A DNA stretch of 64,000 bases, taken from positions 248,001 through 312,000 of the forward strand of contig NW_019029012.1 in assembly GCF_002105155.1 (NCBI RefSeq), in the 5' to 3' direction. The position numbers and the translations under genes are program-made. Shown one piece after another: positions 51,035 through 64,000 of the stretch. This DNA is from Lobosporangium transversale (taxonomy: Eukaryota). How positions within the stretch are numbered: the first letter of the stretch is position 1; the number at the start of each line of letters is the position of its first letter. The notes under the pieces are model-generated. The model did not search any database. It was not told the DNA's origin and saw only the letters and a program-made list of their open reading frames with translations.

Positions 51035-53969
51035 ATGGCGACTTCTACAGTTGCCGGATCCAACGGCAAATCTCGAATGACCTCCCACCGACGAGGGAAG
51101 GCTAAATCATCACCAACAAGCAACGGCAACGGCAACGGCAACGGCTTGATTCAACACGATGAAACTCAGGAAACATCTCATTCAGATTTCAGTAATGGCT
51201 CGTCCAGGGCTTCAAGTCCGATTCCCACTCAACATGCTCACATTTCTGAATTTGAACAAACCTATGTTAATGAAGATCACATGCAACAATTTCGGCAAGC
51301 ACTCGAGGACAGTGTTCGTAGTGAAACCTCGGCGGAACTGATCTCTGCGGTGACCGATTTTATGCCAGTTCAACAAGCATCATCAAAACGTGCACGGAGT
51401 CGCAAGACTCCCAGGATATACAAAGGCTATAGTTACACCCTCTTAAGAATACCTCTCATGGTAATGTGTAACCCAATCTGTAGGATCTTCAAGATCACAA
51501 TATGATCTTTATTAAAATTATATTAACAATCTATGTGCTTGTGCATATAATGCAGGTCTTGATTTTCAGTATCGTTGCTGTAGAGTTATGGATATATATC
51601 TGTGTCCGACAGATCGTCAATCTCTGGGAATATTTTGTTACATGGCAAGTATCGAGCACATGCACAAAAAAAAATAAAAATAAATAAATGTCATACTGAT
51701 CATGGATCCATTATGATACGATTAGGCGTGGGCGTCGTAATCAACTTCGGAAGGAACTTCGTAATGCAACAACATATAGCGACTGGAAGGCCGCAGCTCA
51801 AAGATTGGATACCTACATGAAGAAGGATGACTGGAAAAACGATCCCAACTTTGGTTATTACGACTACCATCTTCTATCAAGGGTTAACAGGAATCTTCGA
51901 CTTGCCCGAGAAGCAAACAGGGTCGATGAACTCAAAGACCATTTGCAAGGTGTAGTCAAGTCCAACTTTGGTGGCGTTGAAAACGCACGACTTTACTCAC
52001 AGACATACCATGGCACCAAGAAGCCTATTGAAGAATATGTTCGTGAAGGTAAAACCCATAAATAACAGCCTTTCTTGGTTTTTGGTCACATCTTTTAAAA
52101 TTCGCCCAGCTATCGTTCACTTCAATCATGCTGAACACTTTAATTCGATATGAATTTTTTTTGAAACCGATAGTAACGACATCACTGCAGGCCGTGGTAG
52201 AATCAAAGCAACTTACAGACGAAGAAAAACGGGTATTCTTCAAGAGTATTCACAAGAACTACGGTCGAACCGCACTCTGTCTTTCAGGTGGAGCAGGATT
52301 TGGTTATTACCATTTAGGTGTAGTGCGCGCTCTTCTTCAGGCAGGAGTTTTGCCAACCGTCATCACTGGAACAAGTGCTGGAGCTTTGATGGGTAAGCTA
52401 CAATAGTTTATGCTCTATTCCCTTTATTCCCCCGCTCTTCGCTGTAATTTAACAACTAAATCCCCACATTTGACTCTCTCTGTGGTAAAATTTCTACAAA
52501 TAGCTGCTCTGGTGTGTTGTCACACAGATGAGGAACTTAACGAGGTTCTTGTTCCAGAACTCGCGCACAAATTTACTGCTTGCGCAGACAGCATCTTTGT
52601 ACGTTCGGTCTTAAATCAAACCTTCGTGATGCGATGTATAAAAAAAAAAAAAAAAAAACTTACTTTTTTTTTTTGCATTGGTTTTTAGACTTGGCTTCCT
52701 CGCCTTATCCGGAAAGGCGCACGATTCGATGCAGAGGACTGGGCACGCAAGGCGCAATGGGTGACTAAAGGCGGATTGACTTTCCTGGAGGCATATGAAC
52801 GTACAGGACGCATTCTTAACGTTTCAGTAGTCCCATATGATCCCCATTCGCCACCGAAACTTCTTAACTATTTGACGGCCCCAGATTGTGTTGTTTGGTC
52901 AGCGGTAATTGCGAGCGCTGCTATTCCAGGAATCTTAAATCCGGTGGTATTGATGCGCAAGCGTCCTGATGGGAAGTTGGTGCCATTCAGTTATGGAGGG
53001 CGTGGCTTCAAGGACGGATCCTTGCGGGCAGATATCCCTCTTCAGGCTCTTCACACCCATTTCAACGTCAACTATACCATTGTCTCTCAGGTGAACCCGC
53101 ATATACATCTATTCTTCTATGGTTCTAGAGGCAGCATTGGCCGTCCGGTGAGCCACTTGTATGGTGAAGGCTGGCGCGGAGGGTTCTTGGCAGCATCTAT
53201 TGAGCAGTTCCTGAAGCTTGATTTGTCAAAATGGCTCAAGGTGCTTCGTGATTTGGAGTTGTTGCCTAAGGTGATGAACCAAGACTGGTCGTGGATCTGG
53301 CTACAGAAATTCGATGGACATGTTACCATCCTTGTAAGTAAAAGAAGAAGAAAAAAAAATGAAAGTAGAAACAGTATCCCAATTGTTCTCAAGACTGAAC
53401 TTTTTTTCTTTTTTTTCTTTTTTTTTTTTTTTTTTTTTTTTTTTTAGCCAAAATCAGGGATTTCTGATTGGTTTAATATAATATCAGATCCAGATGAAGG
53501 CCGTCTGCAACACTGCCTGACAGTAGGCGAGCGACAAACCTTCCCCAAGCTTCACATGATTGCTAATCGTATGAGGATTGAGCAAATGATTGCAGAATGC
53601 CGCTCGGAAATTAAGAAGAAATTGGACCGAAAGGTCCATGGTCGAAACCTTCGAGATGCAGGCAACTCGAGAGTATTGTCAGAGGACAGCGAGAATACAA
53701 TTTGCTCCAGGATGAATTCGTTTAGAGATGCATACAGTCAAGCGGGGGATGCCTATCCAGAGGGCAAAACAAGGAAAAGACGTGTTGCTTCTTGGCCAGG
53801 GTTGCGGTACGCTCTTGGCCAGGAATCTTTAGGAGACTATGACGCTCTGAAAGCAAAGTTCGCCCATCGGGATGAAGACGAAAACGTTAACGATATAGAA
53901 TCATATGTAGAAGAGAAGGATTATGAAGATGAAGATGAAGGCATGGGTATGGAGGAACGCTACGACTAG
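51035..53969 (+). CDS. Patatin-like triacylglycerol lipase (TGL3/4/5-like; spliced, one GC-AG intron)
   Basis: YGRTALCLSGGAGFGYYHLGV, GTSAG nucleophile motif, TFLEAYERTGRILNVSV, and DGS catalytic motif (FKDGSLRADIP). Confidence 0.93.
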
Positions 53970-54068
53970 AGGATATCTCGCCAGTAAATGATCCTCATAG
54001 AAATAAAATTACAATGCCTTAGCTACCGTAATCCATTCATAGTCCAAACCCCGAGTTTTATTAATGAG

Positions 54069-54815
54069 TTACAAATCATCCTGAAGACGATAGGCGACCA
54101 GCGCATCAACCCTATGGAGTTTAGTGCTAAAGGATCGAAGTTTGACCTGCTCTGCATTATGAACTAGATGTGGGTCTGCATCCGACCATGTCGCTGGGAC
54201 CTCTGCATCCTTTTCTGTCTGACATAAAATCGTCCATGTGCCTAAGAAAAAATGGGTTGATGAAAGTTTTGTAGCGTGTAAATACTCTGAAAACGACCAA
54301 GCTATAGAAAAATACCACAAAACCGCTCCAGACGCTGTTTTGTCAACGTACACTTTTCATCTAGCATGGGTAGGAATGTGACGCTTGCTGTGATTTGTCG
54401 GAGGATAGCTTGGATCTCTGCTTGGATCTCCTTCTCTGTTTTCTCAGCCTTCTGCTTGTTGGAGGATGGCAAGGTCGGATCTGTTATATTTTCATTGCTC
54501 CGAACGTTATTGAACATTGACGATGAGGATGGTGTTGAAAACGACTGCTGTTGTCCTGCTGACATGGTATTATTATTGCTACTATCCTTTGTGTTTTGAA
54601 TATCGAATTGCCAGCGTTCTAAAACAGTCATTGTCTCCTTTGATTTAATAGCTAAGATAAGCTTCTCAACTTTACATGCCATGAGCCATGCTAGAAAAAA
54701 GAAAAAAAAAAAAAAAAAAAAAAAAAAGAATATGGAGGGAGCTTAGAGTAAAGTTATAGAGAAAATACTTCCTTGCAAAACCCTTTATAATGAGATTTGA
54801 TCCGTGTTGCTACCG

Positions 54816-54846
<31 letters not shown>

Positions 54847-55062
54847 AGAGAAAAAGACTTCTTTACCCTCGACCTGCTTCAGAATTTCCCTCATATGGTC
54901 TTTGACTTGTGGATCCGTAGTTACCAACATATTGAGGCCATACTTCTTGGTCATCTTGAAATATTCTGGTGCATATAATCCTCGCTGAAAGAGTAAGCTG
55001 AGGATCATGACCAATGGGTATTACAAACGTTCGAGTAAAGAAAAAACCATGTGTGAGCCAAG

Positions 55063-55093
<31 letters not shown>

Positions 55094-55332
55094 GCTCTAC
55101 TTAATCCTTCAACGAAAGTGCGCAGCATGGTCTTTACCTATTTATACAATATTCTATTGTTTTTACAGTAAATGAAGCATTGCCGGTAAGCTTCTTGCTG
55201 CACTTTATTCTCTACTACACAACACCTCAAGTGTAAAAGGTCCATACCAAAGAATTCGACAATGATCTTTGTTGAGCCTCGTAAAGTGATCTGATTGCGA
55301 CTGCTCGTCGCCATTTGCTGTTGCTGCATCAT
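54069..55332 (-). CDS. MAD2: Spindle checkpoint HORMA protein Mad2 (spliced)
   Basis: ITLRGSTKIIVEFF|EYCIN|SLLFQRGLY, VLERWQFDI, IQAILRQITASVTFLP, VKLRSFSTKLHRVD. Confidence 0.95.
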
Positions 55333-55647
55333 TGTTTCGAACAGTAGGATGGCTCCGAGGTAGTTAGTGAATAAGGTGTTTGTCCTGGAATTCAAGGATT
55401 AACGCGACGCTGTTCTGGTTGGCATGAAGTATGTGACCACAAAAAATGTGAACATTGCTCAAAAACCTCCCAAACCAAGCCGCTCTTTCTCTTAGCGACT
55501 GCTTTTCCTTGTGAAAGGTAGACTTTTTCATAATTCCTACAATACTTCCATATCTTTTCCAAAGGTTTCTACAACTCTCAACACCACTCATTACACTCAA
55601 TTCAAACTACTCAAACTACCGACGAACTCTCAAAGAATAAACAGAAT

Positions 55648-56723
55648 ATGTCAGTCAACTGGGTCATGCTCACCCCGGACGGGAAAGACATTGTTCCTCT
55701 CGAGAATGAAACCATTTTCTTCCGTGAACAAGATGTTCGCTTCGAGCTAGATAATTCTAATGGCGGCTATCCTGGAGCAGGGTAAAAAAAAAAAAAAGAT
55801 GAATAAAAAATATCAGCGCAATTTTTTTTTTTTTTTTTTTTTTTTCAATCAGCTTTTCATTCATTTGTATCAGCATTCGCCCTCGTCTCTTCCTTCACTG
55901 ACCATCCAGAAAATACTTGACAGGGTTAATTACGCTTCAAAGAGCGGCACTATCATTTTGACGAATCAAAGGATCGTCTATCTGTGCGCTGCCCCTACTA
56001 GTTTTTTCACTTCAGCTTCATTACCAATGAGCAATGTCCAAGACAGCAAGTTGGTTCAGTCATGGTTCTCGGCGCCTGTTTTCAAGGCAGTCGTAATGCC
56101 TGTTCCAGGTGGTGGACTCAAACAGCCGGCCCGACTCTCTATCACTTTTTCAAGCGGAAGTAAGTCAATAAAAAAAGACATGTTTTTTCGGCCTTTTCCA
56201 CATCAAAAATTAATAAAACGTCTGAAACGAAGAACTGAAAATGCTGACTTTCTTCTTTTCTTTTTGGTGATTTTGTAGACCTTCATGAATTCGACGCCCA
56301 ATACAGATCCCTTCGTGAGAGGCTACAAGGTAAAATGAGTGAAAATTGGAACGTCATAAAATCATATGATAGATCCTCTTTGATCTGACAGAAAAAATCA
56401 AAAATGTATTTCTTCTAGAGCTCGATGGAGCGGCGCCTCAACATTTGGAGCAATTGCCTGTATACGCTCCACCTTCAGAACCCGTTCCTGGGCCATCAGC
56501 AACCACTAGCTCAACTCCTTTCCCCATGGCTACAGCAACGACCTCTGCGCCAGCTCCCCAACCCCAGCATTTCCCACATTATCCCCCTCCTCCTTTGGAG
56601 GCCAGAGCAACATCTTCAGCCCCTCATTATCCTCCTCCTCCTCCTCAGGCACAGCAACAGCCTCAACCACAGCCCCCGGCTGTTCCTTCTGACCTGCCAC
56701 CAAGTTATGATGAAATTCGCTAA
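55648..56723 (+). CDS. WBP2-like PH/GRAM protein with PY motifs (spliced)
   Basis: MSVNWVML, GTIILTNQRIVY, VMPVPGGGL, and C-terminal LPVY / PHYPPPP / LPPSY motifs. Confidence 0.85.
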
Positions 56724-56946
56724 GCTTAAAATTACATGATATGGGGATTCTTTTGCTTTTCCCATAACATATGACGCTTTAAAGCCAAAGACCCTTCGAG
56801 TAAAAAAAAACTTTCACAAGGACCACTGCTGAGAAAGGACAATAAGTTGAATTGGATATACCGTGCTTTATTATGCTAATTTTTTTTATACAGTGTAGGA
56901 GAAAAAATAAAATAAAATAAATGATATTATGGAAATACTAATGCTT

Positions 56947-57894
56947 TTAAGCACCGAGAGCCTCGTTGATGAGTAAGACCTGGATGCGGTCAGGGTTGAA
57001 GGGATTGGCCTGTCGAATGACCTGGTAATTGTTCAGGGATGCGCCTGGGGCCTTGAAGACTTCTCTAGAAAAGGCGCTAGCGAAGGGTAGGCACCATTCT
57101 GTGGTCCTCTTAAAGGCCTCGGCCTCGTCCTTGACAATCTTATTGGATCCAACAACCACAATCACGTTCTTGGCTCCAAAGGCGACACCACCAACTTTGG
57201 TGCCCGTTTGATCACCATGTGCCAACTCACCATTCTCGGTGACAGCACACATGGAGGTCAAAAAGTAGTCGACTGTAGTACCATCGATACGACGGAGCTC
57301 TGCTTGCTTGACGGGATCCTTTTCTGCAAGGATCTTTGCACGAATGTTGACATAAGGGGTTTCTCCCATAAGATAGTTAATGAATCCAATCTATGCGATT
57401 GAAACAAAAGCAAAAAAAAAAAGTCAGTCAATTGTCTTTGTAGTGTGATAATACATGTCTATATGGTATATAATAAATAAAATAAATGGATTGCACTTAC
57501 TTCTTCAAGGGTTGTGCTGTGTGCAAGATTTATAGAAGCGCCCTAAAATAAATAAAAATTTTGCACATCATTAGTGATTGGCTGATATAGAATTTGATTG
57601 TTGTTTGTTTGGGCACAGAATAAAATTTCTCATCGAGGAAGGAAGAAAAAAAAAAAAAAAAAAAAAACTTACTGCAGGGATGAGACTCTTAAGCTTCTCA
57701 TAAGCCTCGTCCTTGTTTTCAGCGATAGTGACTTTGAAGCCCTTGGCCTCAAGACCGGCCTTGGTAATGTTGAAACGCTCAGGGCTGGCAGCCTTAGAGT
57801 ATGCTCCATCCTTGAGGTGAGCAATCTGAGGATCGCTGTTGACCAAAGCCTGGAAGGTGGTGTTGGCAAAACTGTTTTCTGGGCGAGTTGACAT
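56947..57894 (-). CDS. LUD (YkgG/LutC-like) domain protein (3 exons)
   Basis: LEAKGF.V..AENKDEA..KL..LIP|GAS...STTLEE|IG...DYFLTS..AVTENGEL..GD.TG.KV...FGAKNVIVVVGSNKIV, the pattern of bacterial stand-alone LUD proteins. Confidence 0.8.
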
Positions 57895-59216
57895 TATTAT
57901 TGTTTTTTTTATTTTATTTTTTTTTTTTAGTGTCTAATGATTTGCTGGTCGTCTTTGGATTGGTGTGCAAGAAGGATTAGGAATGGGTATAGCAAATGAA
58001 CTGAGTATGCACTTGAGGGGAAAAGAGAGAGAGAGAGAGAGGATAAGCGAGAGATGAGAAGTTGAGAGAAAGGAGGGAGAATGGGAAAGAGAAAGAAGGG
58101 ATGGTATTTAAAAGAATTGGTTTCCTTACAAATCCGTAAACTTTTTTACAAATGGATAAATATAAAACCTAATTCCATCATTTCGGATCTGGAGAGGTTC
58201 CTAATACAACCTGATGCCTCATTTTGTTTAAAAATGTTGCGATGGCAAAAGCTTAATGTACACAAACACACATTTGTACACAGTTGAAGACCCATGAGTA
58301 GACGTTGTATAAAAACGCTTCAATTATTAATCGATTATCATCACCCTAGTAAAAATAATTTGAAGGTGTATCTTTAATAAATCTTTGTAATCGCTCCCGA
58401 TCAGATTAGGTTCAAAGCCACTGACTGTGGCTTTTTTAAATTCATTGAACTAAGAAAGTCTTTTTTTGGGACTCTATACAATGAGATGATGGTGATAAGG
58501 CAGTGAAGTCTGCAAGGGGATGCTCTTTGTAGTAGGCGAGGAGAGGTATAATCGGAGGGATAGGGGCATTCGTGATAACATAGAGCACAATAAAAGGATA
58601 TGAGATAGTCATACGACAGCATGGCACATGCTTCAGCTTTTTTTCAACTTGGAAAGCATTGGTTATAGGGACATTTGCCCAAGACACGGCTTAAAAAAAA
58701 AAAAAGAATAGAGACCTCTAGGCTCTAGCAATTTTCAGGTTTGCGTTCGTGCGGGCCTAGTATTTACCCATTACTTGTCCATTGTCAAAAGGTGAATTGA
58801 AATTTGTCAACTGTGCGTCCGCGCACAATTTTTCAACACGGCGCTTCACAAGTACTTTAAGGTTGCTTGTGTAGCTGAAATGCGGCCCGGTGTTCCGCCA
58901 TCGTTAGATCCAGTTGGCTCCTTGCGCCAGAAAAAAACTATTTTACTACATGTCATGTATGATTGTAATGTATATTTTGATAATAGTAATGCAATCTTGC
59001 TTTTGGCTTTTATTATTGTTTTGTCTTCAACGGATCTCATATAATAGATCACTCGAAACAAGTAGGTTGGGTTTGAAATGAAGGAGCCGAGAGTTGAGTA
59101 TGCTTTTTTTTTTTTTTTTTTACTGAAGTATCGACTATTATTATTACTGTTACTGTGAACTGCTCTAGGTATTGTTATCATTATCTAAATATGTCTAATA
59201 AATAGGCATCTATTAT

Positions 59217-60341
59217 CTAAGAGTACATCCAATCCTCGTCAATTTCTGCTTCTGCAGCATATTTTGCTAGTTCTGCCTCACGTTTCTTTTTGATCCAATC
59301 AGGGTCATCCGAGGGAACTTCGGCACGGCATGCCGGGCAATTGTTGTGCTATCGTAATGCAAATATTTGGATGAGTGGTTTGATGAGGAGCAGCAAGCAA
59401 GTGGCATACCACATAAAACATATTTGATTCAAGGGTATGAAGGAAATAAATATATATATATTCCTTACCAACTCAAGCCATGGAACGATGCAATCACGAT
59501 CAAAAAAGTGCTTGCATGGCAGCTTTGTGATCCCAGCCTTGAACTCGTTCTCATGAAAGTTTTCGTTGCAGATGATACATGCCTCATCTATCAACATATT
59601 CAACCCGGTAATTAAGATAGAATGAAATAAAAACAAGGATATGCAATGAGGACGTTAGCAGCTATGGGGATCTGAGTATTACTTGACTCTGCAAAAACGA
59701 TCTGGTACAGTACCTGACTTCAACTCCTTCTGTGCAACGAACGGCAAGTCACGAATGAATGACTTGGAGGCTGGAGGAGGTCCATGCTTTCCGCTGGTAA
59801 ATTATTCAATATTCGGATCCGAGAATTTGTGTTAAAAAAAATACATCATAACAATAAAAAAATAATAATAATAAAAAAGTATCTATAACTCCTACCTGGC
59901 ACCGGCTTCGTCCATCAACTGTGTAATCAGGTTATCCAGGAATTCTTGGTGCGCTTCATCTCCTAAGGGCTCCTCCCTTTCACGGAATGCCCCAAACATC
60001 CTGTATAATTAAAAGTAAAAATAAAGTCAATAAAAAAAGGCGATAGAGGAATAGGGAATGGACTATCTAACATGTGTGCAAGTACATCAATCGAATATAG
60101 CGGACTTCTGCCTCCCAAAAGAGGGTAGTTGCACATCTGCTAGATATTTGTCGTACTCTGCAAGTCTCCGGAAATCGCTTGCCCTTGGCGTAGTCCCTGG
60201 TGGTAAACGATTGGAAGAAGACGAAATTTCATCATCTTCATTTGGCATGAAATGGGAGAGATCAGGATTCAAGGAGCGATTGTTGGATTGTCGAGCCTTG
60301 AAGGGGTCTTCAAGACTGTGGTCATCATAGTAAGAGGACAT
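59217..60341 (-). CDS. RING-H2 E3 ubiquitin ligase, RNF181-like (spliced)
   Basis: MSSYYDDH start, GPPPASKSFIRDLP, CIICNENF...LPCKHFFDRDCIVPWLEL|HNNCPACRAEVPSDDP.W...DWMYS*. Confidence 0.88.
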
Positions 60342-62454
60342 TTCAGTTATGAATGATTCGATTATGGATGATTTAAGCGGGATGAGGAATTTAGAATGTG
60401 TAGGAGAAGCGATGAGATCTGATATAATGTGTATATGTGTGTACGCGTAACACTTCTGGGCTAAGTCGTATTCAATTGAGGGGTATATGTGTTCAACAGA
60501 CTGACGCGTTACTATGGCAACTATGGAAGGCGGACTTGAAAATTGTTTAGTGCCAACTTTCTTTTTTGGTAGAAGCAATACTCCGTCCCCAAGTTGATTC
60601 CATTCCACCCTGAGTATGCGCATAATCATATGGTACCCGGCTCAGGAACACCACCGTTCTTTGGCAGGGTTCTACCAGAAGAGCAAGGGTCTGAATTTGG
60701 AATTCTTTATTTTTTTTAACCATTTTATAGGGTCTGATAAATATACTTCATAAGCGTTCCTCGAATTTTATCCGCTGCTGTTGGTTCTTCCCATAGTATG
60801 TGCGAGCATTTATAGTAATTCGATTTACCTATAGTCATGAATGTCACAATCATCTGTACTGTTTGGTTACGGCGTTCTATATATTATAGTTAATGGATCA
60901 ACAGGTTATAGTTAATGGATCAATAACAAAGGTTTATGATTTACTTTAACTATGATTATAAAACCCTTATTAAAAATTAAAATAAGTTTTAGCAATGCTA
61001 TTTCGAGACGACAACAAAAAAAAGGGTTCTGCTGTGTGTGCCCCCGATCAAATCAAGCATGGACGCGGAGAGTAGAAATAAGGAGCAGGATGACAAGGGG
61101 GAGGAGGGTATAAAAGAAGTGCTAAAAGGCCGAGTAACCTGCATGCACGCATGCATGATGTGTATGCATATTTCTATAGCTTTTTTTTTTTTTACAACCT
61201 ATCCGTGAGTTCTGTCTGGGACCTGCTAACTGGAATGTGCTCCAATTGGACATGCGTATTTAATGCCAGATACGTCTTTTGATTGAATATATACACTGGT
61301 TAGCAGTTGTTCTGCTCAAAAACAGTAAAAGGATAGTGAACTGTGAGGAAATGAAGTGGAAAACATGTTCCGGTGCCGACAATGCTCTTATGATAGCCAG
61401 AAAGAGTCCTAATAGCAACAGAGGCCTAGCCAGAGTAGGCAGATTAAAAGAAGAAACAAGTATAAAAAGTTGTAGCTGCTAAAGTCTTTAATGTTATCTA
61501 GCCAGATGCGTCAGTTTAAGATTCAGAGATGCTGAAAATGAAAGTGCAGAAGGTTATTGGCAAGTGCAAATGAGGAGAAGAGAAAGGAAATGGAAATGGA
61601 AATGGAAAAGGAACAGGAATAGGGAAAGGGAAGAGTTCTTTTCCTTACTGTTCCTCCCACTCCATTGCCGAGCAAAGAGGACCCTTTATCAGGTCTTTTT
61701 TTTTCTTTTTCTTTTCATCTGTTGGTATCTGAATCTGCAGCTGCATCTGTATCAGAATCTGTGTTCATCTGAGGATGTTATTAAAATAATTGAGATGGGC
61801 GTACCCGGCTCCATTCCTGTCCTTTCCCATTCCCTTTACCTGCTTTTATTTTTTATTCTTTATTTTTTATTTTTTAATTTTATTTTTATTTTTATTTTTA
61901 TTTATTTATTTTTTTCCATTTTTTTCTTTTCTTTCTCTTTTCTTTTCTTTTCTTTTCTTTTCCTTTTCATCATTGGCTTGTTACTCCGTGTTCCTTTCAA
62001 AACCCCCCTTCTTCAGGTTTATGAATCGTTGATTCATTTGATTCCATTCGCAGATTCATCTCAATAAACTCGTACTTTTGTAATCATTCGCAACTGCCTT
62101 GCCCCTGCCTTTGTCCAAGCTGCTCAGATTTCGACTTCTTTTCTTTTGCGTCCCCTTTTTTTTTCCTCAACGATTTATCGCGTGTTCTTTTCATTTTTCA
62201 TTTTTTCATTTTTAAAAAAGACTGACCGAGCACACGCTCATACGCTCAACAGTGCTCTTTCACTATCAGCCACGACCCACTTTCATTCTGTACCAACATA
62301 TTCCTTCTTCATACTGCCTGTTGTTGAACAAAAAAAAAAAAAAAAAAAAAAAGCTGTTCACAACTTAACACAACAGTTCTAGACCCGGCGCATTTTTTTT
62401 TTTTTTTTTTTTTTTTTTTGATACACATTCAAAATAAGGAGACTGCAGCACAGA

Positions 62455-63015
62455 ATGCCGATCACACGTTGGGCATTCGATATCCGGCAAGCATTGCTGT
62501 TGGAACACATTGAGCCCTTGGTTACCTCGCTGGTAGAAGATGATAGCTCCAATATCGTTCCAGTAACAAACCTCTTAAACTTCTTGCAAGGCGAAGACTC
62601 GGACTATTTACTTCGGTATCGAAATGACGATGACATTCGGCGCGCCTTGATCGGTCGACTCATGATCCATGCCTTCTTTGTCGCGCATTATGGTTGTCAA
62701 TGGGAGACAATGGTCTTTTCTAGGTCCGCGACTAATAAGCCCATCTTGGTAAGTATGTTATTTATATAGTATAACAAGAAAATGATCAGAATATTATTCT
62801 CAAACAATCCATGGTAAAAAAAGGAAATAGACGTCTTATCTGGCGGCGATTAAAATAGCACTTTCTTGCATGTTCCCACCGTCAATGATGGCTTATGAAT
62901 TGAAGGCGACTAACGCGTCAGAATACCCTCATTTATTCATCTCATTCTCGTGTATAAAGTGTTTGAAACATTTGAAGTCATACTAGTACACTACAGCTCA
63001 TTACCATCGATCGTT

Positions 63016-63046
<31 letters not shown>

Positions 63047-63353
63047 CTTGGTTTGCATGATACCTAGCTAGAGCCAGAACACCTTCGGAATGTCAGCTTT
63101 AATGTCTCACATCATGGAAACTGGGTCGTCTTCGTGGGAAGTACATCTTTGGAAAGCAACGTCCGACTTGGCACTGATGTCACGGACTTCAAGGAGCAGG
63201 TTCCAATGGAGCCATTTGACGCATTTTTATCATGCTATCGAGATCAGGTATGGTTCTTTTTATTTTTTTCCCCAGATTCATGCATTCAATGGCTACACGA
63301 TTAGCATGATGTCATTTGTCTTTTTTTATTTTGTAACTAATTCCTGGGTTACC

Positions 63354-63386
<33 letters not shown>

Positions 63387-64000
63387 CATGCTTACTGACA
63401 CGACGCCTTTCAAATGCTGTTGACTCGAACACCCAATAGTTCACTTTGAACGAGCTATCGTTTGTGAAGAATGCACCTTCAGATCTCTTGGACTCTCAAA
63501 ATGCTAGCAACCAGCGTAGGCGGTTCTGCAGGGTCTGGTGTCTCAAAGAGTCTGTAGGCAAGGCATTGGGTGTTGGCATCGATTACAATCTTAGATCAGT
63601 TGAGTTTTCAATCCATGAGGAGGAGGAGACTCAAAAGGTAATAGTTTTGCTTAAGTATGAATGCCACACAATTTCGTAGAAAATGCTTCACACAACTACG
63701 CGTTTAGTTGCGCATAGCCATAAAACACAGCTCGCGTAACTTACCAAGCTAAAGAGCTCTGGGGTAATGTGAAGCTAGGCTAGCACTAGGAATGGCCCAA
63801 GGAGATGGGGAAATGAGAGCCATATCAGTCAGCACCGATTAATGACATGGGCTAACCACTTGCTTGATTAAATCGTGATTTATCTTGTCCATCATTCTAA
63901 CCAATGTCTTTTCCCCGTATCGCCTTTGATCAATACTGCATTAGCCGATACACTCCACAACAATGCAAGTTCATAGCCCAACACCGGACTTCCCAGGAGA
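62455..64000 (+). CDS. LYS5: Sfp-type 4'-phosphopantetheinyl transferase (Lys5/AASDHPPT-like); 3' end runs off window
   Basis: RWAFDI, RALIGRLMI, KPIL, FNVSHHGNWV, LGTDV, F.RVWCLKESVGKALGVGI. Confidence 0.88.

Noticed and set aside
61564..62382. Hydrophobic Phe/Ile-rich ORFs
   Set aside because: Translations of T-rich low-complexity intergenic DNA.

Overview
Intron-rich eukaryotic DNA with long poly(A)/poly(T) runs. It looks like an early-diverging fungus (Mucoromycota, most like Mortierellaceae); this is inferred from gene style and has not been checked against a database. The first ~5.6 kb is a decayed mobile-element island. It holds the 5' end of a Tc1/mariner element, an abutting MITE, a DIRS-like RNase H remnant, a spliced PD-(D/E)XK nuclease-like gene with one early TGA, and a ~640-bp nested fold-back over that gene's leader. 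The rest is a dense run of about 20 spliced housekeeping genes: Dabb protein, STK19-like, CUB1-like, BET2, RVS167, UBE2J1/UBC6-like, NTF2/SnoaL-repeat protein, LSM3, SRC1/HEH1, PFS2, BAR-PH-ArfGAP, monoglyceride lipase, RPS1, G-protein beta, patatin TAG lipase, MAD2, WBP2-like, LUD-domain protein, RNF181-like RING and a phosphopantetheinyl transferase. This run is interrupted at 39.7-43.1 kb by an F-box/LRR pseudogene and a degenerate orphan fragment of 28S rRNA. Other notable signals are a candidate structured RNA at ~6.2-6.3 kb, two TG|GCAAGT GC-AG introns, several micro-exons and near-touching gene pairs. All gene models were spliced by eye and exon boundaries need RNA-seq confirmation.
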